A stretch of 64,000 nucleotides of DNA, taken from the human T2T-CHM13v2.0 reference genome, Homo sapiens. How positions within the stretch are numbered: the stretch's first letter is position 1; every line of letters begins with the position of its first letter. The DNA is taken from assembly GCF_009914755.1 (NCBI RefSeq), contig NC_060940.1, one strand, 5' to 3'. The notes under the pieces are model-generated. The model ran no database searches, was not told the DNA's origin, and saw nothing but the letters and a program-made list of their open reading frames with translations. This document shows positions 12,665 to 28,300 of this stretch, one piece after another. The position numbers and the translations under genes are program-made.

Positions 12665-15600
12665 CATTTGATGATTCCATTCTATTCTATTCGATGATGA
12701 TTCCATTCGATTCCATTCGATGATGATTGGATTCGATTCCATTTGATGATTTCATTTGATTCAATTCGATGATGATTTCGATCAATTCCATTCGATGATT
12801 CCATTCGATTCCATTTGATAATGATTACATCCGAGTCCATTCGATGATTCCATTTGAGCCCGTTCGATAATTCCATTTGAGTCCAATCAATGATTCCATT
12901 CATTTCCATTCAATGATTCCATTCGAGTCCATTTGATCATTCCGGTAGGGTCCGTTCGATGTTGATTCCATTGGAGTGCCTTCGATGATTCCATTCGAGT
13001 CCATTTTAGGATTTGATTCGAGTCCTTTCGATGATTCCATTCGATTCCACTCGATGATGATTTCATTCGAGTCCATTCGACACTTCCAATCGATTCCATT
13101 TGATGTTTCCATTCGAGTCCAATTGATGATTCCATTCAATTCCATTCGATGATGATTCCGTACGATTCCATTCTGTGATGATTCCATGTGATTGCATTCA
13201 ATGATGATTCCTTTCGATTGCATTCGATTATGATTCATTTCGTGTTCATTCTATGGTTCCACAGGTTTCACATCGTGTCCATTCCATTATTCCATTCTAT
13301 TCCATTTGATGATGATTCCATTCGATTCCATTCATTGGTGATTCCACTCAATTCCATTCAATGATTCCATTCCATTTCTTTCAACAATGATTCCATTAGT
13401 TTCTAATCGATGATCCACTTGATTCCATTTGACGATGATTCCATTCTTGTCCATTCGATGATTCCATTTGATTCCATATGATGATGATTCCATTCGATTC
13501 CACACGATGATTATTCCATTCGAGTCCATTCAATGGTGATTCCATTCAATTCCATTCGATGATTCCTTTCGATTCCATTTGATGATGATGGCATTCGATT
13601 CCTTTCAATCATTCCCTTTGATTCCACTCAAAGGTGATTTCATTCAAGTCCATTCGATAATTGCATTCGATTCCATTCTATGATGATTCCATTCGAGTCC
13701 ATTTGATGATTCCATTCAATTCAAGTCAATGATGATTCCATTCGATTCCATTCGATGATTCCATTGGATTCCATTCGATGATGATTCCATTCAAATCCAT
13801 TCGATAATTCAATTCACGTCCATTCGATGATGATTCCAATCGAATCCATTCAAAGATTCCATTCAATTCCATTCGATGATTCCCTTAGATTCCATTCGAT
13901 GATTCCACTTGATTCCATTTACGATGATTCCATTCGATTCCATGTGATGATTCCATTCAATTCTATTCAATGATGTTTCCATTTGATTCCATTCGACCAT
14001 GATTGCCTTTGATTCCATTCAATGATTCCATTCGGTTCCGTTTGATGATGATTCCGTTCGATTCCATTTGATGATTCCATTTGATTCCATTGGATGAGTC
14101 CATTCGATTACATTCGATGATTATTCCATTCGAGTGCATTAGATGATTCCATTCGAGTCCATTCGATGATTCCATTCGAGTCCATTCGATGATTCCATTC
14201 GATTCCATTCGATGTTGATTCTGTTCAAATCCATTCGATGATTCCACTCGATTCCATTCGATGACTCCATTTGATCCCATTCGATGATTTCCTTTGATTC
14301 CCTTTGATGATCATTCCATTTGATTCAATTCGGTGATTTCATTTGATTCCATTCAGTGATGTTTCCATTCGACTCCATTCGATGATGATTCCATTCGACT
14401 ACATTCGATTATGATTTCATTCAATTCCATTCGATAAAGATTCCCTTCGAGTCCAAACTATGATTCCATTCGATTCCATTCAACGATGATTTGATTCGTG
14501 TCCATTCGATGATTCCATTTGATTCCACTTGATGAGGATTCCATTCGAGTCCATTTGATGATTCCATTCAATTCCATTCTCCGATGATTTCTTTTGAGCC
14601 CATTCAATGCTTCCACTCGATTACATATGATGATGACTCCATTCGATGAAACTCGATGATGATTCCATTCGCTTGCATTCGATGATGATTCCACTTGAGT
14701 CCGTTAGAAGATTCTATTCAATTACATTCCATGACGATTCTGTTCGAGTCCATTTGATGATTCCATTACACTCCATTCGACAATGATTCCATTCAATGTT
14801 ATTCGATGATTCCATTCGATCTCATTCGATGATGATTCCATTCAAGTCCATTCGATGTTTCCATTCGAGTTCATTCTATTATTCCATTAGATTCCATTCG
14901 ATGATGATTCCATTCGATTCCATTTGATGATTGCATTCTATTTCATTTGATGATGATTCCATTCGAGTCCATTCGATGATTCCATTCGAGTCCATTTAAT
15001 GAATCCATTGGTTTCAATTCTATGATGATTATATTGGATTCCATTCGTTGATGATTTCATTCGATTCCATTCAATGATGATTCCATTCAATTCCATTCAA
15101 TGATTCCATTCAATTCCATACGATGATGATTCCATTTGATTTGATTCGACAGTGAGCCATTCGATTCAATTCCATGATGATTCTGTTTGATTCACTTGGT
15201 TGACATTTCCATACGATTCCATTCGATGATGATTCCATTTGATTCCATTCAAAGATGATTCCATTCTAGCCCATTCAATCATTCCATTCGATTCTATTCA
15301 ATGATGATTCCATTCATGTCGATTTGGTGATTCCATTTGACTTCATTTGATGATGATTCCTTTCAAGTTCATTAGATGATTCCATTCGATTCCATTTGAT
15401 GATGATCCCATTCGAGTCCATTCAGTGATTCCACTCGTTTCCATTCCATGATGATTCCATTCCATTCCATTCAATGATTCCATTCGATTCCGTTTGATGA
15501 TGATTTCATTCGAGTCCATTTGATGATTCCATTTGATTCCATTCGATGATGATTCCATTCGAGTCCATTCGATGATTCTATTCGAATCCATTTGATGATT

Positions 15601-18600
15601 TCTTTTGATTATATTTGGTGATGATTCCATTGGAGTCCATTCAATGATTCCATTCGATTCCAATCGATGGTGGTTCCATTAGAGTCCATTTAATGATTCC
15701 ATTTGATTCCAGTCTCTGATGTTTACATTCGAGTCCATACGATGATTCCACTCAATTCCATATGATGATGATTCCATTCGATTCCATTCGATGATTCCAT
15801 TCTATTCTATTCAATGGTGATTCCATTCGAGTACATTAGATGATTCCATTCGATTCCATTCAATGATGATTCTATTTGTGTCCCTTAGATGATTCCACAT
15901 GATTCCATTAGATGATGATACTATTTGAGCCCATCCAATGATTCCCTTCGATTCCATTCGATGAGGATTCCATTCGATTCAATTCATTGGTGATTCTATT
16001 CAATTCAATTCTTTGATTCAATTCCATTCCATTCGACAATGATTCCATTCGATTTCTTTCGATGATTCCACTCAATTTCACTTGACATTGATTCCATTCG
16101 ATTCCATTCAATGATTCCATTTGATTCCAGTGGATGATGATTGCCGTCGATTCCATTCGATCACTCCATTCTGTTCCATTTGATGATGATTACATTCGAT
16201 TCCATTTGATGATTCCATCTGATTCTATTTGAGGATTCCATTTGATTCCATTCGATGATGATTCCATTCGAGTCCATTCGATGGTTTCATTCGAGTACAT
16301 CCAATGATTCCATTCGAGTCCATTTGATGATTCCATTTCATTCCATTTGATTATGATTCTACTAGAGTCCATTCAATGACTCCATTCGAGTCCATTCAAC
16401 AGTTCCATCCGAGTCCATTCGATGATTCCATTCGATTCCATTTGATGATTCCATTCGAGTCCATTTAATCATTACAGTCGAGTCCATTTGGTGATTCCAC
16501 TGGATTTCTTTTGATAATGATACCATTCAATTACATTTGATGATGATCCCATTCAATTTCATTTGATGATGATTCCATTAGAGTCCATTCCCTGATTTCA
16601 TTCGAGTCCCTTCATTGATTCCATCCGATTTCATTTCATGATGACTCCATTCGAGTCCATTCGATGATTCCACTCGATTCCTTTAGATGATTCCATTGGA
16701 GTCCATTTGATTGTTCCATTCGATTCCATTCGATTCCTTTCGAAGATTATTCCATTTGAGTCCATTCGATGATGATTCCATTCCATTCCATTCGATGATT
16801 CCGTTTGATTCCATTCGATGATTCCCTGCGATTCCTTTCTATGATGATTCCATTCCATTCCATTCAATGATTCCATTCGAATGTATTCCATGATGATTCC
16901 TTTCGATTCCATTCGCTGATGTTTCCGTTCAATTCCATTCGATGATGATTCCATTCGATTCCATTCATTGAGGATTCCATTGGATTCCATTCAATGATGA
17001 TTCCATTCTATTCCATTCAATGATTGCATTCAATTCCATTCAATGATTATGCCATTAGAGTAAATTCAACGATTCCATTCAATACCATTCGATGATGATT
17101 CCTTTTGAGTCCATTCAATGATTTCATTCAAGTCCATTTGATGATTCCTTTCAATTCCATTCCATGATGATTCCATTCGAGTCCATTCGATGATTCCATT
17201 CGATTGCATTCGATGATTCCATTATATTCCATTCAACGATGATTCCATTCGAGTCCATTCGATGATTCCATTAGAGTACATTTAATGATTGCTTTGTTTT
17301 CAATTCGAAGATGATTACATTGGATTCCATTCTATGATTCCATTCGATTGCATTCATTGATGATTCCACCCAATTCCATTCGATGATGATTCCATTCGAT
17401 TTCAATGATTCTACTCGATTCCATTCAATGATGATTCAATTCTATTCCGTTTGATGATTCCATTAGATTCCATTCTATGATGATTCCATTCGAGTCCATT
17501 CGAAGATTTCATTCGATTACATTCCATGACGATTCCATTCGAGTCCATTCGATGATTCCATTTGAATCCATTCGACGATGATTCCATTTGATGCTATCCG
17601 ATGATTCCATTGGATTCCATTCGATGATGATTCCATTCGACTTGATTTGATGTTTCTATTTGAGTCCATTCGGTTATTTTATTAGACTACATTCGATGAT
17701 GATTCCATTCGATGCCATTCAATGATTCCATTTGATTCCACTCAATGATGATTGCATTCGTGTCCATTCGATGATTCCATTTGGTTCCATTTGATGATGA
17801 TTCCATTCGAGTCCATTCGATGATACCATTCAATTCCATTCGATGATCATTCCATTCGAATCCATTTGATGATTCCACTCAATTCCATTTGATGACTCCT
17901 TTCATTCCCATTCGATGATTCCCTTCAGTTCCAATTGGATGATCTTTCCATTTGATTCAATATGGTGACTCCATTCTATTATATTCAATGATGATTCCAT
18001 TCGACTCCATTAGATGATGACTCCATTCCATTCCATTCGATTGTGATTTCATTCGATTCCATTCGAAGATGATTCCATTCGAGTCCATTTGATGATTCCA
18101 TTCGATTCCATTCAATGATGATTCCACTCAAATCCATTGGATGATTCCATTCGTTTCCAATTGGTGATTTCATTAGATTCCATTCGAGGATGATTCTATT
18201 CGAGTCCATTCAATGATTCCATTGGATTCCGTTTGATAATGATTCCATTAGAGTTCATTCGATGATTCCCTTCGAGTCCATTCGATTATTTCTTTTGATT
18301 CCATTTGATGATGATTCCATTCGATTCCATTCAATGATTCCATTCCATTCCATTCGATGATGATTCCATTCGATAATGATTACATTCGAGCCCATGTGAT
18401 GATTCCATTAGATTCTATTCAATGATGATTCCATTCGACCACATTCGATGATGGCATTCGAGTCCATTCGATGATTTCACTCGATTCCACTTGATGATGA
18501 TTCCTTTTGAGTCCATTTGATGATTACATTCGAGTCCATGAGATGACTCCATTCGATTCCATTTCATGATGATGCAATTCGAGGCTATTCGATCATCCCA

Positions 18601-21600
18601 TTTTAGTGCATTCGGTGATTCTCTTTTATTACATTCGATGAGGGCTCCATTCGAGTCCATTCAATGATTCCATTAGATTCCACTCGATGATGATTCCATT
18701 TGAGTCCATTCAAAGATTCCTTTCGAGTCCATTCGATAATTCTATTGGATTCCACTAGGTGATGATTCCTTTCGAGTCAATTCGATGATTCCTTTCAAGT
18801 GCCTTCAATGATTCCATTCGATTCCATTCGATGACGATTCATTTCAAGTCCATTCAATGGTTCCATTCTGTTGAATTTGATGGTTCCATTTGATTCCATT
18901 CGATGATGATTCCATTCGTGTCCATTGGATGATTCCATTCGATTCCTTTCGAGGAAGATTCCATTCGACTCCATTCGATGATTCCGTTCGATTCCATTCC
19001 ATGATGATTCCATTTGATTCCATTCCATGATTCCATTCGATACCATTCGATGATGATTCCATTCGACTCCATTTGATGAATCCATTCAATGCTTCCATTC
19101 GAGTCCATTCGATGATTCCATTCGATTCCATTCCATGAAGATTCCATTCGAGTACATTTGATGATTCCATTTAATTCCATAGGATGATGATTCTATTAGG
19201 GTCCGTTGACTATTCCATTCAATTCCATTCGAAGATTCCATTCGAGTCCACTCGATGATTCTATTTGATTCCATTTGATAATTCCATTCGATTCCATTTG
19301 ATGTTGATTCCATTCGAGTCCATTCGATCATTATTACATTTGATTCTATTCGATGATTCCATTCGATTCCATTTGATGAGGATTCCATTCGAGACCATTT
19401 GATGATTCCATTCAATTCCATTGGATGATTCCAATATTTTCCATTAGATGATGATTCCATTCGATTCCATTCAATGATGATTCCATCAGAATCCATTCGA
19501 TGATGACTCCTTTTGCTTCCATTCAATGATCATTACATTCGGTTCCATTCGATGATGATTCCTTTGGATTCCATTCGATGATGCTTCCATTCGATTCCAT
19601 TTGATGATGATTCTTTTCGATTCCATTTGATGATGATTCCATTTGATTCCATTCGATGGTGATTCCATTTGATGATTCCATTCGATTGTATTCGATGATG
19701 ATTCCACTCGATTCTATTTGATGATGACTGCATTCGATTCCATTTGATGATTCCATTTGATTCCATTCGATGATGATTCTGATCAATTGCATTCGATGAT
19801 CCATTCGATTCCATTTGATGGTTCCATTTGATTCCATTTGATAATGATTCCTTTCGAGTCCATTCGATGATTCCATTTGCGGATATTCGATAATTCCATT
19901 TGAGTCCAACCGATGATTCCATTCGAGGCCATTCAATCATTCTTTTTGAGTCCTTTCGATAAAGATTCCATTTTAGTCCATTCAATAATTCCACTGGAGT
20001 CCATTCGATGATTGCTTTTAATTCCATTCGATGATATTCCATTCGAGTCCATTCGATGATTCCATTCGTTGCTATTAGATGATGATTCCATTCATGACCA
20101 TTTGGTGATTCCATTCGATTTCATTCGTTGATGATTCCATTCGAGTCCATTCCATGATTCCATTCAAGTCCATTTGATGATTTCTTTGAATTCAATTCGA
20201 TGATGATTCCATTCGAGTCCATTCGATGATTCCATTCAGTTCCATTCGATGATGATTCCTTTCGAGACCATATGATGATTCCATTTGATTTCATTCGATG
20301 ATGATTCCATTCGATTCCATTCGATGATTCCATTCTATTCCATTCGATGATGATTCCATTCGAGTCCATTTAATGATTCCATTGGGTTCAATTCAATGAT
20401 GATTACATTGGATTCTCTTCTATGATACCATTCAATTCCGTTCATTGACAATTTGATTCCATTCGATGATGATTCCATTTGAGTTCATTCGATGATTCTA
20501 TTCGATTCTCTTCGATGGTGATTCAATTCTATTATATTGGATGATTCCATTCGATTCCATTTGATGTTGATTCAATTCGATTCTATTCGATGATGATTCC
20601 ATTGGATTTCATTTGATGATTCTATTCGATTCCATTCAATGATGATTCACTTCTCGTCCATTGGATGATTCCATTTCATTCCATTCGATGATGATTCCAT
20701 TCGATTCCATTCGATGATTCCATTTGATTCCATTCGACGGTGAGCAATTCGATTCAATTCCATGATGATTCTATTTGATTCAGTTAGATGATGTTTCCAT
20801 TCGAATCCATTCCATGATTATTCCATTGGAATCCATTCGGCGATGATTCCATATGAGTCAATTCAATGATGCTTCCATATGGGTCAGTTCGATGATAATT
20901 CCATTTGATTTCATTCGATGCTTCTATTCAATTCCAGTCGATGATGATTCCGTTGGAGTCCATACGATGACTCCATTTGATTTCATTTGATGATGATTCC
21001 ATTCGATTCCATTCGATGACTCCATTCTGTTCCATTCGATGATGATTCCATTCGAGTCCATTCGATGATTCCATTCGAGTCCATTTCATGATTCCATTGG
21101 GTTCAATTCGATGATGATTACACTGGATTCCATTCTATGATTCCATTCAATTCCATTCGTTGATGATTCGATTCCATTCAATGATGATTCCATTTGAGTT
21201 CATTCGATGATTCTATTCGATTCCGTTCGATGGTGATTCAATTCTATTATATTGGATGATTCCATTCGATTCCATTTGATGATGATTCCATTCGATTCCA
21301 TTCGATGATGATTCCATTTGATTCCATTTGATGTTGATTCTATTCGATTCTATTCAATGATGATTCCATTCGATTTCATTTGATGATTCTATTCGATTCC
21401 TTTCGATGATTCTATTCCATTCCATTCGATGATGATTCAATTCTCTTCCATTGGATGATTCCATTTTATTCCATTCGACGATGACTCCATTTGATTCCAT
21501 TCAATGATGATTCCATTCGATTCCATTCGGTGATTCCATTTGATTCCATTCGACGGTGAGCAATTTGATTCAATTCCATAATGATTCTATTTGATTCAAT

Positions 21601-24600
21601 TAGATGATGTTTCCATTCGAATCCATTCGGTGATGATTCCATTGGTATCCATTCGACGATGATTCCATATGAGTCAATTCGATGATGATTCCATACGAGT
21701 CCGTTGGATGATAATTCCATTTGATTTCATTCATTCCTTCTATTCGATTCCACTTGATGATGATTCCATCTGAATCCATTCTCCGATTCCATTCGATTTC
21801 ATTCGATGCTTCTATTTGATTTCATTCGAAGATGATTCCTTTCAATTCCGTTCATTAATTCCATTTGATTCCATTCGATGATGATTCCATCCGATTCCAT
21901 TGGATGATGATTCCATTCGAGTCCATTCGATGATTCCGTTCTAATCCATTCTATGATTCCATTCGAGTCCATTCGATGATTCCATTCGATTCCATTCAGT
22001 GATGATTCCATTTGATTCCATCTGATGATGATTTCATTTGATTCCATTCGATGATGATTCCATTGGAGTCCATTGAATGATTCAATTCAATTCCATTCCA
22101 TGTGGATTCCATTCGAATTCATTCGATTATTCCATTCAAATCCCTTCGTTGATTCCATCTGATTCCACTTGACGATGATTCCATTCAAGTCCAATCGATG
22201 ATTCCATTCGGTTCCATTCAATGATTCCATTCGAGTCCATTTATGTATTATATTCGTGTCCACTTGATGACTCACTCCATTCAATTCCATTTAATGATGA
22301 TTCCATTTGATTCCATTTGATGATTCAGTTCGATTCCTTACAATGATTCCCTACGATTCCTTTCTATGATGATTCCATTCGATTCCATTCATTGATGATT
22401 CCATTCGACTCCATTCGATGATGATTCCTTTCGATTCCATTTGACGATGTTTCCATTTGAGTCCATTCGATGATGATTCCATTGGTATCCATTCGACGAT
22501 GATTCCATATGAGTCAATTCGATGATGATTCCATACGAGTCCGTTGGATGATAATTCCATTTGATTTCATTCAATCCTTCTATTCGATTCCATTTGATGA
22601 TGATTCCATCTGAATCCATTCTCCGATTCCATTCGATTTCATTCGATGCTTCTATTTGATTTCATTCGAAGATGATTCCTTTCAATTCCATTCATTAATT
22701 CCATTTGATTCCATTCGATGATGATTCCATCCGATTCCATTGGATGATGATTCCACTCGAGTCCATTCGATGATTCCGTTCTAATCCATTCTATGATTCC
22801 ATTCGAGTCCATTCGATGATTCCATTCGATTCCATTCAGTGATGATTCCATTTGATTCCATCTGATGATGATTTCATTTGATTCCATTCGATGATGATTC
22901 CATTGGAGTCCATTGAATGATTCAATTCAATTCCATTCCATGTGGATTCCATTCGAATTCATTCGATTATTCCATTCAAATCCCTTCGTTGATTCCATCT
23001 GATTCCACTTGACGATGATTCCATTCAAGTCCAATCGATGATTCCATTCGGTTCCATTCAATGATTCCATTCGAGTCCATTTATGTATTATATTCGTGTC
23101 CACTTGATGACTCACTCCATTCAATTCCATTTAATGATGATTCCATTTGATTCCATTTGATGATTCAGTTCGATTCCTTACAATGATTCCCTACGATTCC
23201 TTTCTATGATGATTCCATTCGATTCCATTCATTGATGATTCCATTCGACTCCATTCGATGATGATTCCTTTCGATTCCATTTGACGATGTTTCCATTTGA
23301 GTCCATTCGATGATGATTCAATTCAGTTCTGTTCTATTATGAATCCATTCGATTTCATTCAATGCTTCTATTTGATTCCATTCGACGATGATTCCATCTC
23401 TTTCCCTTCGATGATTCCATTTGATTCCATTCAGTGATGATTCCATTTGATTCCATCTGATGATGATTTCACTTGATTCATTTCAATGATGATTCCATTC
23501 AAGTCCATTCGATGATTCCATTGGAGTCCAAACGATCATTCCATTCGATTCCATTCAATGATGATTCCATTCATGTCCATTCAATGAATCCTTTCAATTC
23601 CATTCGATGATGACTCCATTCGAGTACATTCGATGATTCCATTTGATTCCATCTGATGATGATTACATTCAATTCCATTCGAAGATGATTCCATTCAATT
23701 CCACTTGATGATGATTCCGTATGAATCCATTCGCTGATTATTCCATTCGATTCCATTCATTGACGATTCCATTCGATTCCATTCAATGATGATTCTCTTC
23801 TATTGCATTCGATGATTCCGTTCGATTCCATTCGATGATGATTCCATTAGATTCCATTCGATTGTTGCATTCGATTCCCTTCGATGATGATTCCTTTGAA
23901 TTCCATTCGATTATGATTCCGTATGAATCCATTTGATGATTATTCCATTGGATTCCTTTCGATGATGATTCCATTCGATTCCATTTGATGATGTTTCTCA
24001 TGTATTCCATTTGATAATTCCTTTCAATTCCCTTCGATGATGATTCTTTCGAGTCAATTCGATGATTCTATTCCATTCCCTTCGATGATGATTCCATTTC
24101 ACTCCATTCGATGATTCCATTCGATTCAATTTGGTGATGATTCAATTCGATGACATTCGATGACTCCATTCAATTTCATTTGATGATGATTACATTCGAG
24201 TCCATTTGATGATTGTATTCCTTTCCTTTTGATGATTATTCCATTCGTGTCTATTCAAAGATTCCATTCTATTCCATTCAACGATGATTCCAATTGATTC
24301 CATTCAATGATTATGGCTATCGATTCCACTCGTTGATTCCATTTGATTCCATTCGATGATTATTCCGTTAGATTCCATTAGGAGATTCCATTCGATTTTA
24401 TTCAATGATTCCAATTGATTCCATTCAATGATGATTCCATTCGACTCCATTCAGTGATTCCATTTGAGTCCATTTGATGATTCCATTCGAGTCCATTTGG
24501 TGATTCCATTCTTTTCCATTTGATGATGATTCCATTAGGGTCCATTCAATGATTCCATTCGAGTCCATTCGTTAATGCCTTTCGAGTCCTTTTGATCACT

Positions 24601-25328
24601 ACATTCGAGTCCATTCAATGATTCTATTCGATTCCATTCCATGATGATTCCATTCGAGTTCATTCGATGATTGCATTCGAGTCCATTTGATGATTCCATA
24701 AGATTCCATTCGACAATGATTCCATTCGTGTCCATTTGATGATTCCATTCATTTCCTATCGATGAAGATTCCATTCGAGTGTATTCGATGATTCCATTCA
24801 AATCCATTCGATGATGATTCCATTCCAGTCCATTCGATCATTCCACTTGATTCCATTTGATGACTATTCCATTCAAATCCATTTGATGATTCCATTCGAT
24901 TCCATTCGATGTTACCATTCCAGTATATACGATGATTCCACTCGATTCCATTTGATGATTATTCCATTGGAGTCGACTTAGTGAATCCTTTAGATTCTAC
25001 TCGAAGATGATTCCATTCGAGTCCATTCGATGATACCATTCAATTCCATTCGTTGATGCTTCCATTCAAGTGCATTCGATGATATCATTCGATTCCATTT
25101 GATGATAATTCCATTTGATTCCATGTGATGATTCTATTCCATTCCATTCAATGATAATTCCATTCAATTCAGTGATTCCTCTGGACTCCATTTGATGATG
25201 ATTCCATTCAATGATTCCATTCGATTCTATTCGAAAATGATTCCATTTGAATCCATTTGATGATGATTCCATTCGATTCCATTTGATGATTCCATTCGAT
25301 TCCATTCGACGATGATTCCATTCGATTC
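12665..25328 (+). repeat. 12,664-bp higher-order repeat, unit 2
   Basis: ORF offsets are +12664 from unit 1 and +12664 to the start of unit 3 (12682->25346). The only difference from unit 1 I spotted is T>A at 15213 (unit position 2549). Confidence 0.97.
21631..23319 (+). repeat. 840-bp internal tandem duplication in HOR unit 2
   Basis: ORFs 21799/22639 and 22087/22927 at +840. Confidence 0.95.
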
Positions 25329-28300
25329 CATTTGATGATTCCATTCTATTCTATTCGATGATGATTCCATTCGATTCCATTCGATGATGATTGGATTCGA
25401 TTCCATTTGATGATTTCATTTGATTCAATTCGATGATGATTTCGATCAATTCCATTCGATGATTCCATTCGATTCCATTTGATAATGATTACATCCGAGT
25501 CCATTCGATGATTCCATTTGAGCCCGTTCGATAATTCCATTTGAGTCCAATCAATGATTCCATTCATTTCCATTCAATGATTCCATTCGAGTCCATTTGA
25601 TCATTCCGGTAGGGTCCGTTCGATGTTGATTCCATTGGAGTGCCTTCGATGATTCCATTCGAGTCCATTTTAGGATTTGATTCGAGTCCTTTCGATGATT
25701 CCATTCGATTCCACTCGATGATGATTTCATTCGAGTCCATTCGACACTTCCAATCGATTCCATTTGATGTTTCCATTCGAGTCCAATTGATGATTCCATT
25801 CAATTCCATTCGATGATGATTCCGTACGATTCCATTCTGTGATGATTCCATGTGATTGCATTCAATGATGATTCCTTTCGATTGCATTCGATTATGATTC
25901 ATTTCGTGTTCATTCTATGGTTCCACAGGTTTCACATCGTGTCCATTCCATTATTCCATTCTATTCCATTTGATGATGATTCCATTCGATTCCATTCATT
26001 GGTGATTCCACTCAATTCCATTCAATGATTCCATTCCATTTCTTTCAACAATGATTCCATTAGTTTCTAATCGATGATCCACTTGATTCCATTTGACGAT
26101 GATTCCATTCTTGTCCATTCGATGATTCCATTTGATTCCATATGATGATGATTCCATTCGATTCCACACGATGATTATTCCATTCGAGTCCATTCAATGG
26201 TGATTCCATTCAATTCCATTCGATGATTCCTTTCGATTCCATTTGATGATGATGGCATTCGATTCCTTTCAATCATTCCCTTTGATTCCACTCAAAGGTG
26301 ATTTCATTCAAGTCCATTCGATAATTGCATTCGATTCCATTCTATGATGATTCCATTCGAGTCCATTTGATGATTCCATTCAATTCAAGTCAATGATGAT
26401 TCCATTCGATTCCATTCGATGATTCCATTGGATTCCATTCGATGATGATTCCATTCAAATCCATTCGATAATTCAATTCACGTCCATTCGATGATGATTC
26501 CAATCGAATCCATTCAAAGATTCCATTCAATTCCATTCGATGATTCCCTTAGATTCCATTCGATGATTCCACTTGATTCCATTTACGATGATTCCATTCG
26601 ATTCCATGTGATGATTCCATTCAATTCTATTCAATGATGTTTCCATTTGATTCCATTCGACCATGATTGCCTTTGATTCCATTCAATGATTCCATTCGGT
26701 TCCGTTTGATGATGATTCCGTTCGATTCCATTTGATGATTCCATTTGATTCCATTGGATGAGTCCATTCGATTACATTCGATGATTATTCCATTCGAGTG
26801 CATTAGATGATTCCATTCGAGTCCATTCGATGATTCCATTCGAGTCCATTCGATGATTCCATTCGATTCCATTCGATGTTGATTCTGTTCAAATCCATTC
26901 GATGATTCCACTCGATTCCATTCGATGACTCCATTTGATCCCATTCGATGATTTCCTTTGATTCCCTTTGATGATCATTCCATTTGATTCAATTCGGTGA
27001 TTTCATTTGATTCCATTCAGTGATGTTTCCATTCGACTCCATTCGATGATGATTCCATTCGACTACATTCGATTATGATTTCATTCAATTCCATTCGATA
27101 AAGATTCCCTTCGAGTCCAAACTATGATTCCATTCGATTCCATTCAACGATGATTTGATTCGTGTCCATTCGATGATTCCATTTGATTCCACTTGATGAG
27201 GATTCCATTCGAGTCCATTTGATGATTCCATTCAATTCCATTCTCCGATGATTTCTTTTGAGCCCATTCAATGCTTCCACTCGATTACATATGATGATGA
27301 CTCCATTCGATGAAACTCGATGATGATTCCATTCGCTTGCATTCGATGATGATTCCACTTGAGTCCGTTAGAAGATTCTATTCAATTACATTCCATGACG
27401 ATTCTGTTCGAGTCCATTTGATGATTCCATTACACTCCATTCGACAATGATTCCATTCAATGTTATTCGATGATTCCATTCGATCTCATTCGATGATGAT
27501 TCCATTCAAGTCCATTCGATGTTTCCATTCGAGTTCATTCTATTATTCCATTAGATTCCATTCGATGATGATTCCATTCGATTCCATTTGATGATTGCAT
27601 TCTATTTCATTTGATGATGATTCCATTCGAGTCCATTCGATGATTCCATTCGAGTCCATTTAATGAATCCATTGGTTTCAATTCTATGATGATTATATTG
27701 GATTCCATTCGTTGATGATTTCATTCGATTCCATTCAATGATGATTCCATTCAATTCCATTCAATGATTCCATTCAATTCCATACGATGATGATTCCATT
27801 TGATTTGATTCGACAGTGAGCCATTCGATTCAATTCCATGATGATTCTGTTTGATTCACTTGGTTGACATTTCCATTCGATTCCATTCGATGATGATTCC
27901 ATTTGATTCCATTCAAAGATGATTCCATTCTAGCCCATTCAATCATTCCATTCGATTCTATTCAATGATGATTCCATTCATGTCGATTTGGTGATTCCAT
28001 TTGACTTCATTTGATGATGATTCCTTTCAAGTTCATTAGATGATTCCATTCGATTCCATTTGATGATGATCCCATTCGAGTCCATTCAGTGATTCCACTC
28101 GTTTCCATTCCATGATGATTCCATTCCATTCCATTCAATGATTCCATTCGATTCCGTTTGATGATGATTTCATTCGAGTCCATTTGATGATTCCATTTGA
28201 TTCCATTCGATGATGATTCCATTCGAGTCCATTCGATGATTCTATTCGAATCCATTTGATGATTTCTTTTGATTATATTTGGTGATGATTCCATTGGAGT